A DNA stretch of 64,000 bases from an uncultured Pelagibacteraceae bacterium (lineage in GTDB: Bacteria > Pseudomonadota > Alphaproteobacteria > Pelagibacterales > Pelagibacteraceae), in assembly GCA_902532195.1 (NCBI GenBank), contig CACAHE010000001.1, forward strand, positions 48,521 through 112,520. The letters run 5' to 3'. Below, in pieces: positions 25,829-37,040 of this stretch (its first letter is position 1; every line of letters starts with the position of its first letter). The notes under the pieces were generated by a model that made no database searches, was not told the DNA's origin, and saw only the letters and a list, made by a program, of their open reading frames with translations. The translations under genes and the position numbers were made by a program.

Positions 25829-27849
25829 TTTATTCTTTTTTGGTATCTTAACCATCCAGGACTTTTTATCTCTGTTTCATATTCTACATCTTGATTAAAA
25901 TCAAAAGGACTATTGTCCTGATCTTCGTATGAACTATTTTTTTTAATATTATCTTCGGGTAATTCATCTATGAATCTGGAAGAAATACTATCAATCCAAT
26001 CACCTTGATAAAATCGATTAATTGAAAAAGAAATATGAGCTGATTTTTTTGCTCTTGTAATACCAACATATGCAAGTCTTCTTTCTTCTTCAAGACCACT
26101 TTCTCCTTTCTCCTCAATTGATTTTTGATGTGGAAACAAACCTTCTTCCCAGCCAGGCAAGAAAACTACATCAAATTCTAATCCTTTTGAAGCATGCATT
26201 GTCATTAAATTTACTTTCTGACCTTCCCAATCTTGATCTATAGTTGTTGCGAGAGCCACATGTTCTAAAAAACTTTCCAAATTATCAAATTCTTTCATCG
26301 CATTAAGCAATTCTTTTATATTTTCTAATCTATTTTCATTTTCTAAATCTTTTTTATCTTTTAACATTTGACTATATCCAGACTCATCTAAAATGATCTG
26401 AAGAAGCTTAACATGTCCAACTTTATTAAAATAATCTTTTCTCCATTTTTCAATTAGTTTTAATAATGCATTAAGTCCCATTTTAGTTTTTGGTTTAATT
26501 TTATTTAATTCAATAAGTTTTTTAGACGCATTTTCCAAAGAAATAAAATTTAGTTTTGCATATTCGCTTATTTGTTTAATAGTTGTATCTCCCACTGATC
26601 TTTTTGGAGTGTTTACTATTCTTTCGAAAGATAAATCATCTTTATTTTGAAAAATTATTCTTAAATATGCAATGCAATCTTTAATTTCTGCTCTTTCGTA
26701 GAATTTAATTCCACCAATAATTCTGTAGGGAATACCAATTTTTAAAAATCGTTCTTCAAATTCTCTAGTTTGAAAAATAGCTCTTACTAAAATAGAAATT
26801 TCATTTAATGAAAAATCTCTTTTTAATTTTTCAATTTTATCACTAACCCCGATTGCCTCATCCTTGCCATTTCTATAACAATCAAGTGAGACCAGATCTC
26901 CATTTTCTCCATTAGTATATAAATTTTTTCCCACTCTGTTTTCGTTATTTTTTATTAAATTAGAAGCAACACTTAAAATATTTTGAGTAGATCGATAATT
27001 TTTTTCAAGTCTAATTATTTTTGTATCTTTATAAATTTTATCAAATTCTAGAAAATTTTTAATTTCCGCCCCTCTCCAGCTGTATATAGATTGATCATCA
27101 TCTCCCACACAGCAAATATTTTTATGATATTTTGCAAGACTGTTAAGCCATTTGCTCTGAATGTGATTTGTATCTTGATATTCATCAACCAAAACATATT
27201 TAAAATTTTTTGAATACAATTCTGCAATATCTGGATTTTTTTCAAAGATTTTTACGCAATGTAAAATCAGATCTCCAAAATCACAAGCATTGAGATTAAT
27301 TAGTTTTTCTTGGTAAATTTTATAAATTTTTAAAAAACCTTTTTCTAAATTATCTTTTTTACTTAGACTTACATCTTCAGGATACCATCCCTTATTTTTC
27401 CATTTGTCTATTCTTGATAAAATAAAATTTGGAGAAATTTTTTTAATATCAATATTCTCAGATTTACAAATATTTTTAACTAATCTTATTTGGTCGTCTT
27501 GATCAATAATTGTGAAATTATAATTTAAGTTGACTGCTTTAGCATGTTTTCTTAAAATTTTTGCACTAATAGAATGAAAAGTTCCAATCCACGATAAACC
27601 ATTGGCTCTTGTTTTTAAAATTTTATTTACTCTATAAAACATTTCTTTTGCAGCTTTATTTGTAAAGGTTACGGCGAGTACTTGATTTGGGAAAGCTTTC
27701 TTTTGATTTATTATATGAGCAATTCTAGATGTTAGTACTTTTGTTTTGCCAGATCCAGCCCCAGCAACAATAAGTAGCGGGCCATCCAAATATGACACAG
27801 CTTCTTGCTGTTTATTGTTTAAATTATCTAAATATTCCAAATTCAACAT
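25825..27849 (-). CDS. uvrD: ATP-dependent DNA helicase UvrD/PcrA
   Basis: AGAGSGKT, VTFTNKAA, VDEYQD, VGDDDQSIY, MHASKGLEF, EERRLAYVGITRA. Confidence 0.94.
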   Translation of the reverse strand: MLNLEYLDNLNNKQQEAVSYLDGPLLIVAGAGSGKTKVLTSRIAHIINQKKAFPNQVLAVTFTNKAAKEMFYRVNKILKTRANGLSWIGTFHSISAKILRKHAKAVNLNYNFTIIDQDDQIRLVKNICKSENIDIKKISPNFILSRIDKWKNKGWYPEDVSLSKKDNLEKGFLKIYKIYQEKLINLNACDFGDLILHCVKIFEKNPDIAELYSKNFKYVLVDEYQDTNHIQSKWLNSLAKYHKNICCVGDDDQSIYSWRGAEIKNFLEFDKIYKDTKIIRLEKNYRSTQNILSVASNLIKNNENRVGKNLYTNGENGDLVSLDCYRNGKDEAIGVSDKIEKLKRDFSLNEISILVRAIFQTREFEERFLKIGIPYRIIGGIKFYERAEIKDCIAYLRIIFQNKDDLSFERIVNTPKRSVGDTTIKQISEYAKLNFISLENASKKLIELNKIKPKTKMGLNALLKLIEKWRKDYFNKVGHVKLLQIILDESGYSQMLKDKKDLENENRLENIKELLNAMKEFDNLESFLEHVALATTIDQDWEGQKVNLMTMHASKGLEFDVVFLPGWEEGLFPHQKSIEEKGESGLEEERRLAYVGITRAKKSAHISFSINRFYQGDWIDSISSRFIDELPEDNIKKNSSYEDQDNSPFDFNQDVEYETEIKSPGWLRYQKRIK

Positions 27850-27884
27850 TTCTATTTTTATAGTATAAGTCTTTATCAAATTTC

Positions 27885-29357
27885 ATGAAAAATTATTTAA
27901 AAAATATTAAAAAAATTGATTTTACTCTTAAATTTATCTTATTTTTTGAAAAAATTAAGCAGATAGACCTAAAATCATTCAAAACTATAATTGTAATTTA
28001 CTCATTAATATTTTCTATTTTTTTATTTTTATCTATACCGGGTCTTTATAATTATAAAAACTATCATGAAAAAATAAAAAAAGAAACTTACTCAAGTTTT
28101 AAATTAAAATTAGATAACATAACAGAAGTAAAATATAGATTTGTTCCAAAACCACATATTTTAATTGAGGAGGCAAATTTAAATTTCGATAAAGGTACAA
28201 ATAATAATTTTGCAAAACTGAAAAATATAAAAATATATATATCTATAATGGATCTATATAGAAAAGATAAAATATCAATTAAAGAACTAAATGTTAATAA
28301 AGGTAATTTTTATTTCAAAAAAAATACCATCTCTTATTTTAAAGAACACCTAGATAAATCAATCATCAAACCAATAAAAATAACTAATAGTAATTTTTTT
28401 TATCTTTCAAAAAATGATGAAGTAGCAAATATTGTTCCAATAAAAGAGTTAAAATATTTTATAGATTACAAAATCAAAGAAAAAAATTTAAAAATTAAGG
28501 GTAAGCTTTTTGATGTATCTTTTAATTATATTTGGAAGAAAAACTATAATAATCCTAATATAGTTGAATCGAGCATAGATTTGGTAAATCCAAATATAAA
28601 TCTATCAAATAAAACAGTTAAAAATTTTGAGAATAATATTAATGAGGGTCTATTAAAAATGATTTTTTTAAATAACAAACTAAATATTAATTATAAAAAT
28701 ATTAAAAACAAAATAAGTTTTCTTACTGATAAAAATAATTTAGATACGAATTATAAAATCAAATTAAATGGAAATATTGCTTTAAATCCATTTTATTTTA
28801 ATACAAATGTTAGTTTATCAAATATAGATTTTTACTCATTAGTAGATAAATTTTTACCCTATCTATATAACTATCGTGATTCAATTCATTCAAATATTAA
28901 CGGAATTTCTTCTTTCACCTTGCTTAATACTAAAAACAAACTTTTGGAAAATATCCTGATGAGCTTTAAATTTGCTAATCAAAAAATGTTAATTGACAAA
29001 TTTAATATAAAGATAAAAAAAATTGGAAATTTAACTATTTCAGATTTAGGCTATTTAGATAAAGAAGATGAAGTCTATGTAAAATCAAAAATAGTATTTA
29101 ATATTTTAGATTCCAAACAATTTTATTATAGATTTCAAGTTCCAAAAAAAAATAGAATAAACTTAAAACAAATAAACTTTGATTTAGAAAAAAATTTAGA
29201 TAAAAAAGTTTATTATATATCAAATATTAAAATTAATTCTTACGAAAAAGATTTGGAAAATGAAACTTCTGATATTTTTGATGAGACAGAAATTTTTAAT
29301 ATACAAACTTTGAAAAAACTGATTAATGATTATTTAGCATCAATTAATCAGGGCTAA
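27885..29357 (+). CDS. Hypothetical membrane-anchored protein, AsmA-like
   Basis: N-terminal TM then a long beta-rich low-GC region; family call tentative. Confidence 0.55.
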   Translation: MKNYLKNIKKIDFTLKFILFFEKIKQIDLKSFKTIIVIYSLIFSIFLFLSIPGLYNYKNYHEKIKKETYSSFKLKLDNITEVKYRFVPKPHILIEEANLNFDKGTNNNFAKLKNIKIYISIMDLYRKDKISIKELNVNKGNFYFKKNTISYFKEHLDKSIIKPIKITNSNFFYLSKNDEVANIVPIKELKYFIDYKIKEKNLKIKGKLFDVSFNYIWKKNYNNPNIVESSIDLVNPNINLSNKTVKNFENNINEGLLKMIFLNNKLNINYKNIKNKISFLTDKNNLDTNYKIKLNGNIALNPFYFNTNVSLSNIDFYSLVDKFLPYLYNYRDSIHSNINGISSFTLLNTKNKLLENILMSFKFANQKMLIDKFNIKIKKIGNLTISDLGYLDKEDEVYVKSKIVFNILDSKQFYYRFQVPKKNRINLKQINFDLEKNLDKKVYYISNIKINSYEKDLENETSDIFDETEIFNIQTLKKLINDYLASINQG

Positions 29358-30732
29358 TCATTTTTTTTGGATTTACAATTTTATTGTATTGTTTTTCGTT
29401 AATTAGACCTAATCTAATTGCTTCATCTTTTAATGTGGTTTTATTTTTCAAGGCATTTTTTGCAATTTTAGCAGCATTGTCATACCCTATATGAGGTGCT
29501 AGAGCTGTAACTAGCATTAGAGAATTATCTAAATATTCTTTTATTTTGTTTTTATCAGCCTTAACTCCTTTAATACAAAATAGAGCAAAATTTTTTGAAC
29601 TGTCTGACAAAAGGTCAATTGATTGTAAAATATTATGCGCGATTAAAGGTTTAAAAACATTTAATTCAAAATGTCCATGTGATCCTGCCATTGTAATACC
29701 ATTATGATTTCCTATTACTTTAACACATACCATTGTAACAGCCTCTGATTGAGTTGGATTAACTTTACCTGGCATAATTGATGAACCAGGTTCATTGGCA
29801 GGTAATATTAATTCTCCATAGCCTGCTCTAGGACCAGACCCCAAGAATCTAATATCATTAGCAATTTTCATTAAGCATACTGCGGTGGTATTTAAAGTAC
29901 CTGAAAAATTAACAATTGCATCGTGAGCAGCCAAGGCTGCAAATTTATTTTTAGCAGGTTTAAATGGAATTTTAGTTATTTTTTTTATTTCCTTAACAAT
30001 TTTTTTATCAAAATTTTTTTTTGTATTTATACCTGTGCCTACAGCTGTACCACCCTGTGCTAAATTATAGATTTCATTAAGCGCATGTTGAATTCTTTTG
30101 ATACATGTCTCAAGTTGAGATTGATAACCTGAAAATTCTTGACCTAAAGAAATTGGAGTTGCATCTTGTAAATGAGTTCTTCCTACTTTTATTATATTTT
30201 TAAATTTTCTTACTTTTTTTTTGAGTTCTGAATTTAATAGATTTAATGAAGGCAACAGTTTTTCTTTTGTTTCAAGAGCGATAGATATATGCATTGCTGT
30301 TGGAAAAACATCATTTGTAGACTGAGACTTGTTAACATGATCATTTGGGTGAACAGGTTTTTTTGTCCCTTTCTTTCCTCCAAGAATTTCAATTGCTCTA
30401 TTCGAAATTACTTCATTTACATTCATGTTTGTTTGTGTGCCAGAACCTGTTTGCCAAACTTTTAGAGGAAAATGTTCATTCAATTTTCCTTGAATTACTT
30501 CATTTGAGGCTTTTATTATTGCATTTGATATTTTTGAGTCTAGCTGTTTTTCTTTTTTATGAACTATAGCAGCAGATTTTTTTATTATCCCTATAGATTT
30601 TATTAAAACTGGTCTGACTAAAAATTCGCCTATGTCAAAATATTTTTTTGATCTCTGCGTTGATGCTCCCCAATATTTATCCCCAGGCACATCAATTATC
30701 CCTATAGTATCGTATTCTTTTCTTTTTTTCAT
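29344..30732 (-). CDS. fumC: Fumarate hydratase class II
   Basis: [32 protein letters not shown]. Confidence 0.96.
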   Translation of the reverse strand: MKKRKEYDTIGIIDVPGDKYWGASTQRSKKYFDIGEFLVRPVLIKSIGIIKKSAAIVHKKEKQLDSKISNAIIKASNEVIQGKLNEHFPLKVWQTGSGTQTNMNVNEVISNRAIEILGGKKGTKKPVHPNDHVNKSQSTNDVFPTAMHISIALETKEKLLPSLNLLNSELKKKVRKFKNIIKVGRTHLQDATPISLGQEFSGYQSQLETCIKRIQHALNEIYNLAQGGTAVGTGINTKKNFDKKIVKEIKKITKIPFKPAKNKFAALAAHDAIVNFSGTLNTTAVCLMKIANDIRFLGSGPRAGYGELILPANEPGSSIMPGKVNPTQSEAVTMVCVKVIGNHNGITMAGSHGHFELNVFKPLIAHNILQSIDLLSDSSKNFALFCIKGVKADKNKIKEYLDNSLMLVTALAPHIGYDNAAKIAKNALKNKTTLKDEAIRLGLINEKQYNKIVNPKKMISPD

Positions 30733-30820
30733 AGTTTAAAAAATATTAACAATGCTTTAATTCTTATACATTAAATAAATAAAAAATCATAGTATGACAA
30801 AAAATACAAATAGGAGTGAA

Positions 30821-31192
30821 ATGACAAATTTTGAAAAAGTTGGTAAATTTATGAAAACCTTTGGTCAGGATGTAAAAACTAATTCTGGTCTAAGCTCTGA
30901 AAAAATAAATTTATTAAGAATTAAGCTAATTGAAGAGGAGCTTGGTGAGTTTAAGAAAGCAATCAATGAAAAAAACCTTATAGAAGTTGCAGATGCTTTA
31001 ACGGACATATTATATGTAACTTACGGAGCTGGACATGCATTTGGTATTGATTTAGATAAATGCTTTGATGAAGTTCAAAAATCAAATATGAGTAAATTAG
31101 ATGATGCTGGCAAACCGATATATAATGATTTAGGAAAAGTTATGAAAGGACCAAATTATTTTAAACCAAACCTTTCTAAGTTTTTAAAATAA
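30821..31192 (+). CDS. MazG-like nucleoside triphosphate pyrophosphohydrolase
   Basis: LIEEEL.E, EVADALTDILYV, EVQKSNMSK, GKVMKGPNYF; AGGAG before ATG 30821. Confidence 0.8.
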   Translation: MTNFEKVGKFMKTFGQDVKTNSGLSSEKINLLRIKLIEEELGEFKKAINEKNLIEVADALTDILYVTYGAGHAFGIDLDKCFDEVQKSNMSKLDDAGKPIYNDLGKVMKGPNYFKPNLSKFLK

Positions 31193-32086
31193 TTAAATTT
31201 TATTTAACCAATTTGGTTTTTTGATTTTAATAGTAGCATTTCCACATTTGAAATTATTTTCAAAATTAAAATTTTTCTCTGCAATTTTTATAATTGCAAA
31301 AGGGTGATCTTTACTAACAATCACTTTTCCAATCTCATTATCGTTTATTTTAATAGTTTCGTTATTGTGAAGTATGCCACTAATAATTTCTATTGGAAAT
31401 AATCTTTTTGAAAGTTTATTTTTTAGTTTTATTCTTGCTGTATTTTCTTGCCCTATATAGCAACCTTTTTTAAAATCTATTCCATTTAATTCTTCAAAAT
31501 TACATTCAATGGCAAAAATCTTATTTTGTAAAAAATCTGTGTTTTGTTGAAAAATTCCCAGATCAAAACTTAATTTATAGTATTCCTGTTTATCTGAAGA
31601 TTTTAATTCTAATTTTTTTAATGACAAATATAATTTTTCTAAATTTATAATCATTCTTGCTCCTAGCTCCTTATATCTTGGATCTAAAATAATCGGATCT
31701 TCTTTATATTTAATTGTACTACCTTCTTTATTTTCAGCTTTTTCAAATGATAAAAATTTGTCTTTACTTATTGCTGCCACAACAAATTCATTACTTAAAT
31801 TTAATATTTCTACTTTAGATCTGAGTTTGTATAAATTAAGTTGATCAAATAGTTTGTCTATATTTTTTTTTTCAGAGTCAATCAAATAGCCATTTTTATG
31901 TTTTACAACTATAAAATCAAATAGGTATTTTCCTTGAGGGGTTAATAAAGATGCAAAACAGCTAGAACTATCAGTTACTTTATTTATATCGTTTGTAATT
32001 AAATTTTGTAGAAATTCATTTGAATCTTTTCCACTAATATAAAGTATTCCACGATCTTCCAAAATATACACTTTATTATTATTCAT
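31193..32086 (-). CDS. ygfZ: Folate-binding Fe-S maintenance protein
   Basis: LLTPQGK and KGCYIGQE signature. Confidence 0.9.
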   Translation of the reverse strand: MNNNKVYILEDRGILYISGKDSNEFLQNLITNDINKVTDSSSCFASLLTPQGKYLFDFIVVKHKNGYLIDSEKKNIDKLFDQLNLYKLRSKVEILNLSNEFVVAAISKDKFLSFEKAENKEGSTIKYKEDPIILDPRYKELGARMIINLEKLYLSLKKLELKSSDKQEYYKLSFDLGIFQQNTDFLQNKIFAIECNFEELNGIDFKKGCYIGQENTARIKLKNKLSKRLFPIEIISGILHNNETIKINDNEIGKVIVSKDHPFAIIKIAEKNFNFENNFKCGNATIKIKKPNWLNKI

Positions 32087-32129
32087 AATTGATTGTTATT
32101 AATTTATAATATAATTACTTTTCTAGTAA

Positions 32130-33440
32130 ATGTTAGACCTCATAATAAAAAATGGTTCGTGCTTTATTGATGGAAAGCTTCAAAAAAAAGATATTGGCAT
32201 AATAAATGGCAAAATATCAATAATAGATGATTTAATTAAGGAAGATTCTAAAGAGCTTTTAGAAGCTGAGAAGCTTATAGTTTTGCCAGGTTGTATTGAC
32301 ACGCAGGTTCATTTTAGAGAGCCAGGTTCTACAGATACAGAGGATTTAAATAGCGGAAGTAAAGCCGCAGTAGTTGGAGGGATAACAAGTGTATTTGAAA
32401 TGCCAAACACTAATCCACCAACTGCAAATGAAGAAGAGTTTCAAAAAAAATTAGATTTAGCAAAAGATAGAATGTTTTGTAATTATGCTTTCTATTTTGG
32501 TGCAACTCCTTCTAATCAGTCAGAACTATCAAAACTTAAAAATTTAGAGGGATGTTGTGGAGTAAAATTATTTGCAGGATCATCAACCGGCAATTTACTT
32601 GTTCATAAAGATGAGGATATAGAAAAAGTTTTTGAACATACCTCTAAAGTAGTTTCAGTACATTCTGAGGATGAAGATATTCTTAATCAGAGAAAAAAAT
32701 TAAGAGAAAATGGAAATGTTCTCACCCATCCTTTTTGGAGAAACGAAGAGTCTGCAATATCTTCAACAAGAAGAATTGTTAAAATTGCAAAACGTCTAAA
32801 TAAAAAGGCACATATACTTCATGTGACGACTAAAGAAGAAGTAGACTTTTTATCTCAGAATAAAGGAAATATTACTTTTGAAATTACTCCTCAACATTTA
32901 ACTTTTTATTCACCGGATTGTTATCAAAAACTAGGCACTTACGCACAAATGAATCCTCCTATTAGAGACAAATCCCATTATGATCGATTATGGTATGCTG
33001 TGAAAAATAATTATAATGATACTATAGGATCAGATCATGCTCCGCACTTAAAAGTAAATAAAGATAAAGAATATCCAAATTCTCCATCAGGTATGCCGGG
33101 TGTTCAAACATTGCTTCCAGTTATGCTTAACCATATTAATGATGGAAAATTAAAATTGGATCAATTAGTAAAATTTTTATGTGAAAACCCTGCTAAAATT
33201 TTTGGCATTAAAAATAAAGGATATATTAAAAAAGATTTTGATGCAGATTTTACAATTGTAGATATGAATAAAAAAATTGAAATTAAAAATGAAAATATTG
33301 AAAGTAAATGTGGGTGGTCACCATTTAATGGATTTAAATTTAAAGGTACACCAACTTTTACGATTATTGCTGGAAAAATTAAAATGCAGGACGGTAAAAT
33401 CGTAGGTGATCCAACGGGAACTCCTTTGGAATTTAACTAA
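32130..33440 (+). CDS. pyrC: Dihydroorotase
   Basis: DTQVHFREPG, EMPNT.P, MNPPIR, IGSDHAPH, PSGMPGVQT. Confidence 0.88.
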   Translation: MLDLIIKNGSCFIDGKLQKKDIGIINGKISIIDDLIKEDSKELLEAEKLIVLPGCIDTQVHFREPGSTDTEDLNSGSKAAVVGGITSVFEMPNTNPPTANEEEFQKKLDLAKDRMFCNYAFYFGATPSNQSELSKLKNLEGCCGVKLFAGSSTGNLLVHKDEDIEKVFEHTSKVVSVHSEDEDILNQRKKLRENGNVLTHPFWRNEESAISSTRRIVKIAKRLNKKAHILHVTTKEEVDFLSQNKGNITFEITPQHLTFYSPDCYQKLGTYAQMNPPIRDKSHYDRLWYAVKNNYNDTIGSDHAPHLKVNKDKEYPNSPSGMPGVQTLLPVMLNHINDGKLKLDQLVKFLCENPAKIFGIKNKGYIKKDFDADFTIVDMNKKIEIKNENIESKCGWSPFNGFKFKGTPTFTIIAGKIKMQDGKIVGDPTGTPLEFN

Positions 33441-33765
33441 GCTTTGTTGCAAAACTATTTACAAGAATAACTCCAACCACAATCAAAAATAATCCTACGA
33501 TAGCCTGCCAAGACAAAGTTTGTCTAAAAAATATATAACCCAGTATTGCAATTGTAAAAATTCCAAGTCCACTCCAAGTTGCATAAACTATTGCTATAGG
33601 AAGTTTATTTACAACAAATGTTAAAAGATAAAATGCGCATAAGTAAAAAATAGCTAGTGAAACAGTTGGAACAAATTTTGTAAAATTTTGAGAGACAGGT
33701 AATAACATTGTTCCAGCCACTTCACAAAATATTGCACCAACAAGAAATAAGTATGTTTTAATCAT
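33433..33765 (-). CDS. SMR/DMT small multidrug resistance family transporter
   Basis: 4 TM, conserved TM1 Glu (AIFCEVAGT), IVYATWSGLG. Confidence 0.88.
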   Translation of the reverse strand: MIKTYLFLVGAIFCEVAGTMLLPVSQNFTKFVPTVSLAIFYLCAFYLLTFVVNKLPIAIVYATWSGLGIFTIAILGYIFFRQTLSWQAIVGLFLIVVGVILVNSFATKLS

Positions 33766-35660
33766 TATTTAAGAATATTATTTTTAATTAAATCTTCTTT
33801 TATTTCAGATAAAATTGCTGGATCGTCAATTGTTGCTGGCATTTTATATTCTTCTTTATCTGCAATTTTCCTAATTGTGCCTCTTAATATTTTTCCAGAT
33901 CTAGTTTTTGGCAGTCTTTTTATTACAATTACAACTTTAAATGCAGCTACAGGACCAATTTTATCTCTAACCATTTGAATACATTCTTTTGAAATAATCT
34001 CTTTATCTTTTTTAACTCCTGCTTTTAGTACAACTAAACCTATTGGTAATTGTCCTTTTAATTTATCTGCAATTCCTAATACTGCACATTCAGCAACAGA
34101 TTGATGTTCAGATAATACTTCTTCAATAGCACCAGTTGATAATCTATGTCCTGCTACATTAATTATATCATCTGTTCTAGACATAATCCAAATATATCCG
34201 TCATCATCAATATGACCAGCATCATAAGTTTGATAATAACCTTTGTAGTTTGTCATATAGTTTTCTTCATATCTTTTATCAGCATTCCACAATGTTGGAA
34301 AAGTTCCCGGAGGTAAGGGAAGTTTTACAACAATGTCACCCATTTCATTTGGTTTTGCCAAAGATTGGTCAGGTTTAATAATTTTAACATCATAACCGGG
34401 GACAGCTTTGCAGGCTGATCCATATTTTGTTTTCATCATTTCAATTCCTGTACAGTTTGAACTTATTGCCCAGCTAGTTTCAGTCTGCCACCAGTGATCA
34501 ATAACAGGAACATTTAATAAATTTTCAGCCCATTTTATAGTATCAGGATCAGCTCTCTCTCCAGCTAAAAATAAAGATTCAAATGAACTTAAGTCATATT
34601 TTGAAAAGAACTTTCCTTCTGGATCTTCTTTTTTTATAGCTCTAAATGCAGTTGGTGCAGTGAATAAGGATTTAACCTTATATTCAGAAATTATTTTCCA
34701 AAATGCTCCAGCATCGGGAGTTCCTACTGGTTTTCCTTCAAACAAAACTGTAGTGCATCCTTTAAATAATGGAGCATAAACTATATAAGAATGACCAACT
34801 ATCCATCCTATGTCACTTGCTGACCACCAAACATCATTTTCATCAATATTATAAATATTTTTCATAGTCCACTTAAGTGCAGCTATGTGCCCACCTATAT
34901 CTCTTACAATTCCTTTTGGAACACCTGTAGTCCCAGAAGTATAGAGTATGTAAGCGAATTCGTTTGATCTCATTTCAACACAATCCATCTCTTTTGATTT
35001 AGATAGTGTTTCTTCCCAACTAATTTCTAAGGGTGAATTTAATTTAATTTCATGACCTTTTCTTTGAAAGCAAATTATTTTTTTTAATTTATGCTTTGCC
35101 AGTTTAATTGCTCCATCAACTAAGGGACGGTATTCAACTGTTCTTCCAGGTTCAAAACCACATGATGCAGTAATTAATATTTTTGCTTTACTATCATCAA
35201 TACGACTTGCAAGTTCATTTGATGCAAACCCTCCAAAAACAACTGAATGTATTGCTCCAATTCTCCCACATGCTAACATAGCTACCACTGCCTCAGGAAT
35301 CATTGGCATGTATATAACTACACGATCACCTTTTTTAATGCCTTGATTATCTAATGCTCCTGCAAATAGTGAAACTTTGTCTTTTAATTCTTTAAAAGTA
35401 AACTTTGCTTTATTTCCAGTAATTGGACTATCATAAATAAGCGCAACCTTATCGCTCTTTCCTTGGTCAATGTGTAAATCAAGAGCATTATAGCAAGTAT
35501 TAGTTATACCGTCTTCATACCATTTATAAAAAGGAGGATTAGATTTATTTAAAATCTTTGTTGGTTTCTTATACCAAAAAATATCTTCTGAAACTTCTTG
35601 CCAAAATTTTTCAGGATTATTAATTGATTCTGAATAAATTTCTTTTAAACTTTTATTCAT
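33765..35660 (-). CDS. prpE: Propionyl/acyl-CoA synthetase
   Basis: YTSGTTGVPKG, DHWWQTET, INVAGHRLSTG, PKTRSGKILR; start at ATG 35660. Confidence 0.88.
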   Translation of the reverse strand: MNKSLKEIYSESINNPEKFWQEVSEDIFWYKKPTKILNKSNPPFYKWYEDGITNTCYNALDLHIDQGKSDKVALIYDSPITGNKAKFTFKELKDKVSLFAGALDNQGIKKGDRVVIYMPMIPEAVVAMLACGRIGAIHSVVFGGFASNELASRIDDSKAKILITASCGFEPGRTVEYRPLVDGAIKLAKHKLKKIICFQRKGHEIKLNSPLEISWEETLSKSKEMDCVEMRSNEFAYILYTSGTTGVPKGIVRDIGGHIAALKWTMKNIYNIDENDVWWSASDIGWIVGHSYIVYAPLFKGCTTVLFEGKPVGTPDAGAFWKIISEYKVKSLFTAPTAFRAIKKEDPEGKFFSKYDLSSFESLFLAGERADPDTIKWAENLLNVPVIDHWWQTETSWAISSNCTGIEMMKTKYGSACKAVPGYDVKIIKPDQSLAKPNEMGDIVVKLPLPPGTFPTLWNADKRYEENYMTNYKGYYQTYDAGHIDDDGYIWIMSRTDDIINVAGHRLSTGAIEEVLSEHQSVAECAVLGIADKLKGQLPIGLVVLKAGVKKDKEIISKECIQMVRDKIGPVAAFKVVIVIKRLPKTRSGKILRGTIRKIADKEEYKMPATIDDPAILSEIKEDLIKNNILK

Positions 35661-35873
35661 TGTGATTTGTTTTGATTTGCCATTTTTTAATGATTTTATG
35701 TAATAGGTTGCATTTAATTTTAAAAAGTAAGTAAAATCAATACTTATTAGGCATAAAAAAGTCTTCAATAAACTAAATTAATTTGTTATTTACCCACTTA
35801 ACTTGGTTTTATTGCGGATAAAGCCATAGTTTAATATTAAACTAAAAAAAACTAACTAAAGAGGGAGTTTTTT

Positions 35874-36644
35874 ATGAAAAAACTTAAGTTGTTTGCTTTA
35901 GCAACTGTAGCCTTATTAGGCTTTTCAGGTGCTGCAAATGCTGAAACAGTCCTTCTTGCTTCTGATGACTTTGTTGGAATTTCTTTTTGGGTAATTTCAA
36001 TGGGTATGTTAGCAGCAACCGCTTTCTTTTTTATGGAAAGAGGATCAGTAGCTGCTGGCTGGAGAACATCAGTAACAGTAGCAGGACTAGTAACTGGTAT
36101 TGCATTCATTCACTACATGTATATGAGAGGTGTTTGGGTTCAAACAGGTGACTCGCCAACAGTATATAGATATATTGATTGGTTAATCACTGTACCATTG
36201 CAGATGATAGAATTTTACTTAATTCTAGCAGCTGTTAAAAAAGTTTCTGGAGGAATATTCTGGAGACTTTTAATCGGATCATTAGTAATGTTAATCGGTG
36301 GGTACTTAGGAGAAGCAGGTTACATCCCAGCAATGCTAGGCTTTGTAGTCGGAATAGCTGGATGGATTTACATCTTATATGAAGTATTCTCTGGTGAAGC
36401 AGGTAAAATAGCTTCTAAAAGTGGAAACAAAGGACTTGTGACTGCTTTTGGTGCTATGAGAATGATCGTTACTATTGGTTGGGCAATTTATCCATTAGGT
36501 TATGTATTTGGTTACTTAACTGGTGGTGTAGATGCAAATTCACTAAACGTGATTTACAACCTTGCAGACTTTCTTAACAAGATCGCATTCGGTCTAGTTA
36601 TATGGGCTGCAGCGATGCAAAACACTTCTGCTAGATCTAGATAA
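35874..36644 (+). CDS. Proteorhodopsin, blue-absorbing proton pump
   Basis: YRYIDWLITVPLQMIEF (D97/T101/E108, Q105), retinal Lys in DFLNK. Confidence 0.97.
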   Translation: MKKLKLFALATVALLGFSGAANAETVLLASDDFVGISFWVISMGMLAATAFFFMERGSVAAGWRTSVTVAGLVTGIAFIHYMYMRGVWVQTGDSPTVYRYIDWLITVPLQMIEFYLILAAVKKVSGGIFWRLLIGSLVMLIGGYLGEAGYIPAMLGFVVGIAGWIYILYEVFSGEAGKIASKSGNKGLVTAFGAMRMIVTIGWAIYPLGYVFGYLTGGVDANSLNVIYNLADFLNKIAFGLVIWAAAMQNTSARSR

Positions 36645-36663
36645 TATCTAGATAGCTAATTAT

Positions 36664-36700
36664 AAATAGGGCAAGTTTAACCACTTGCCCTATTTTTTTT
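36664..36700 (+). terminator. Intrinsic terminator after proteorhodopsin
   Basis: AAATAGGGCAAGT/ACTTGCCCTATTT stem plus T-run. Confidence 0.88.
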
Positions 36701-36719
36701 TATACTTACTATATGATTA

Positions 36720-37040
36720 ATGGCTAAGATAACCTATATAGAGCATACTGGAAAATCTCATACCATAGATGTAAAAAGTGGATTATCTGTTATGGAGGGT
36801 GCGGTTCAAAACAATATTCCAGGAATTGATGCAGATTGTGGAGGAGGTATGGCTTGCGCAACTTGCCATGTTTATGTCAAAGAAGAATGGTTTAATAAAA
36901 TTCCTCCAAAAAATGAAGGTGAGGACGATATGTTGGATCAAGCTTATAAACCTCAGAAAAACAGTAGACTTAGTTGTCAAATTGAAGTTTCAGATAATAT
37001 AGATGGACTTGAAGTTAACTTACCAGAAAAACAAATTTAA
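36720..37040 (+). CDS. 2Fe-2S ferredoxin
   Basis: [18 protein letters not shown]. Confidence 0.93.
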   Translation: MAKITYIEHTGKSHTIDVKSGLSVMEGAVQNNIPGIDADCGGGMACATCHVYVKEEWFNKIPPKNEGEDDMLDQAYKPQKNSRLSCQIEVSDNIDGLEVNLPEKQI

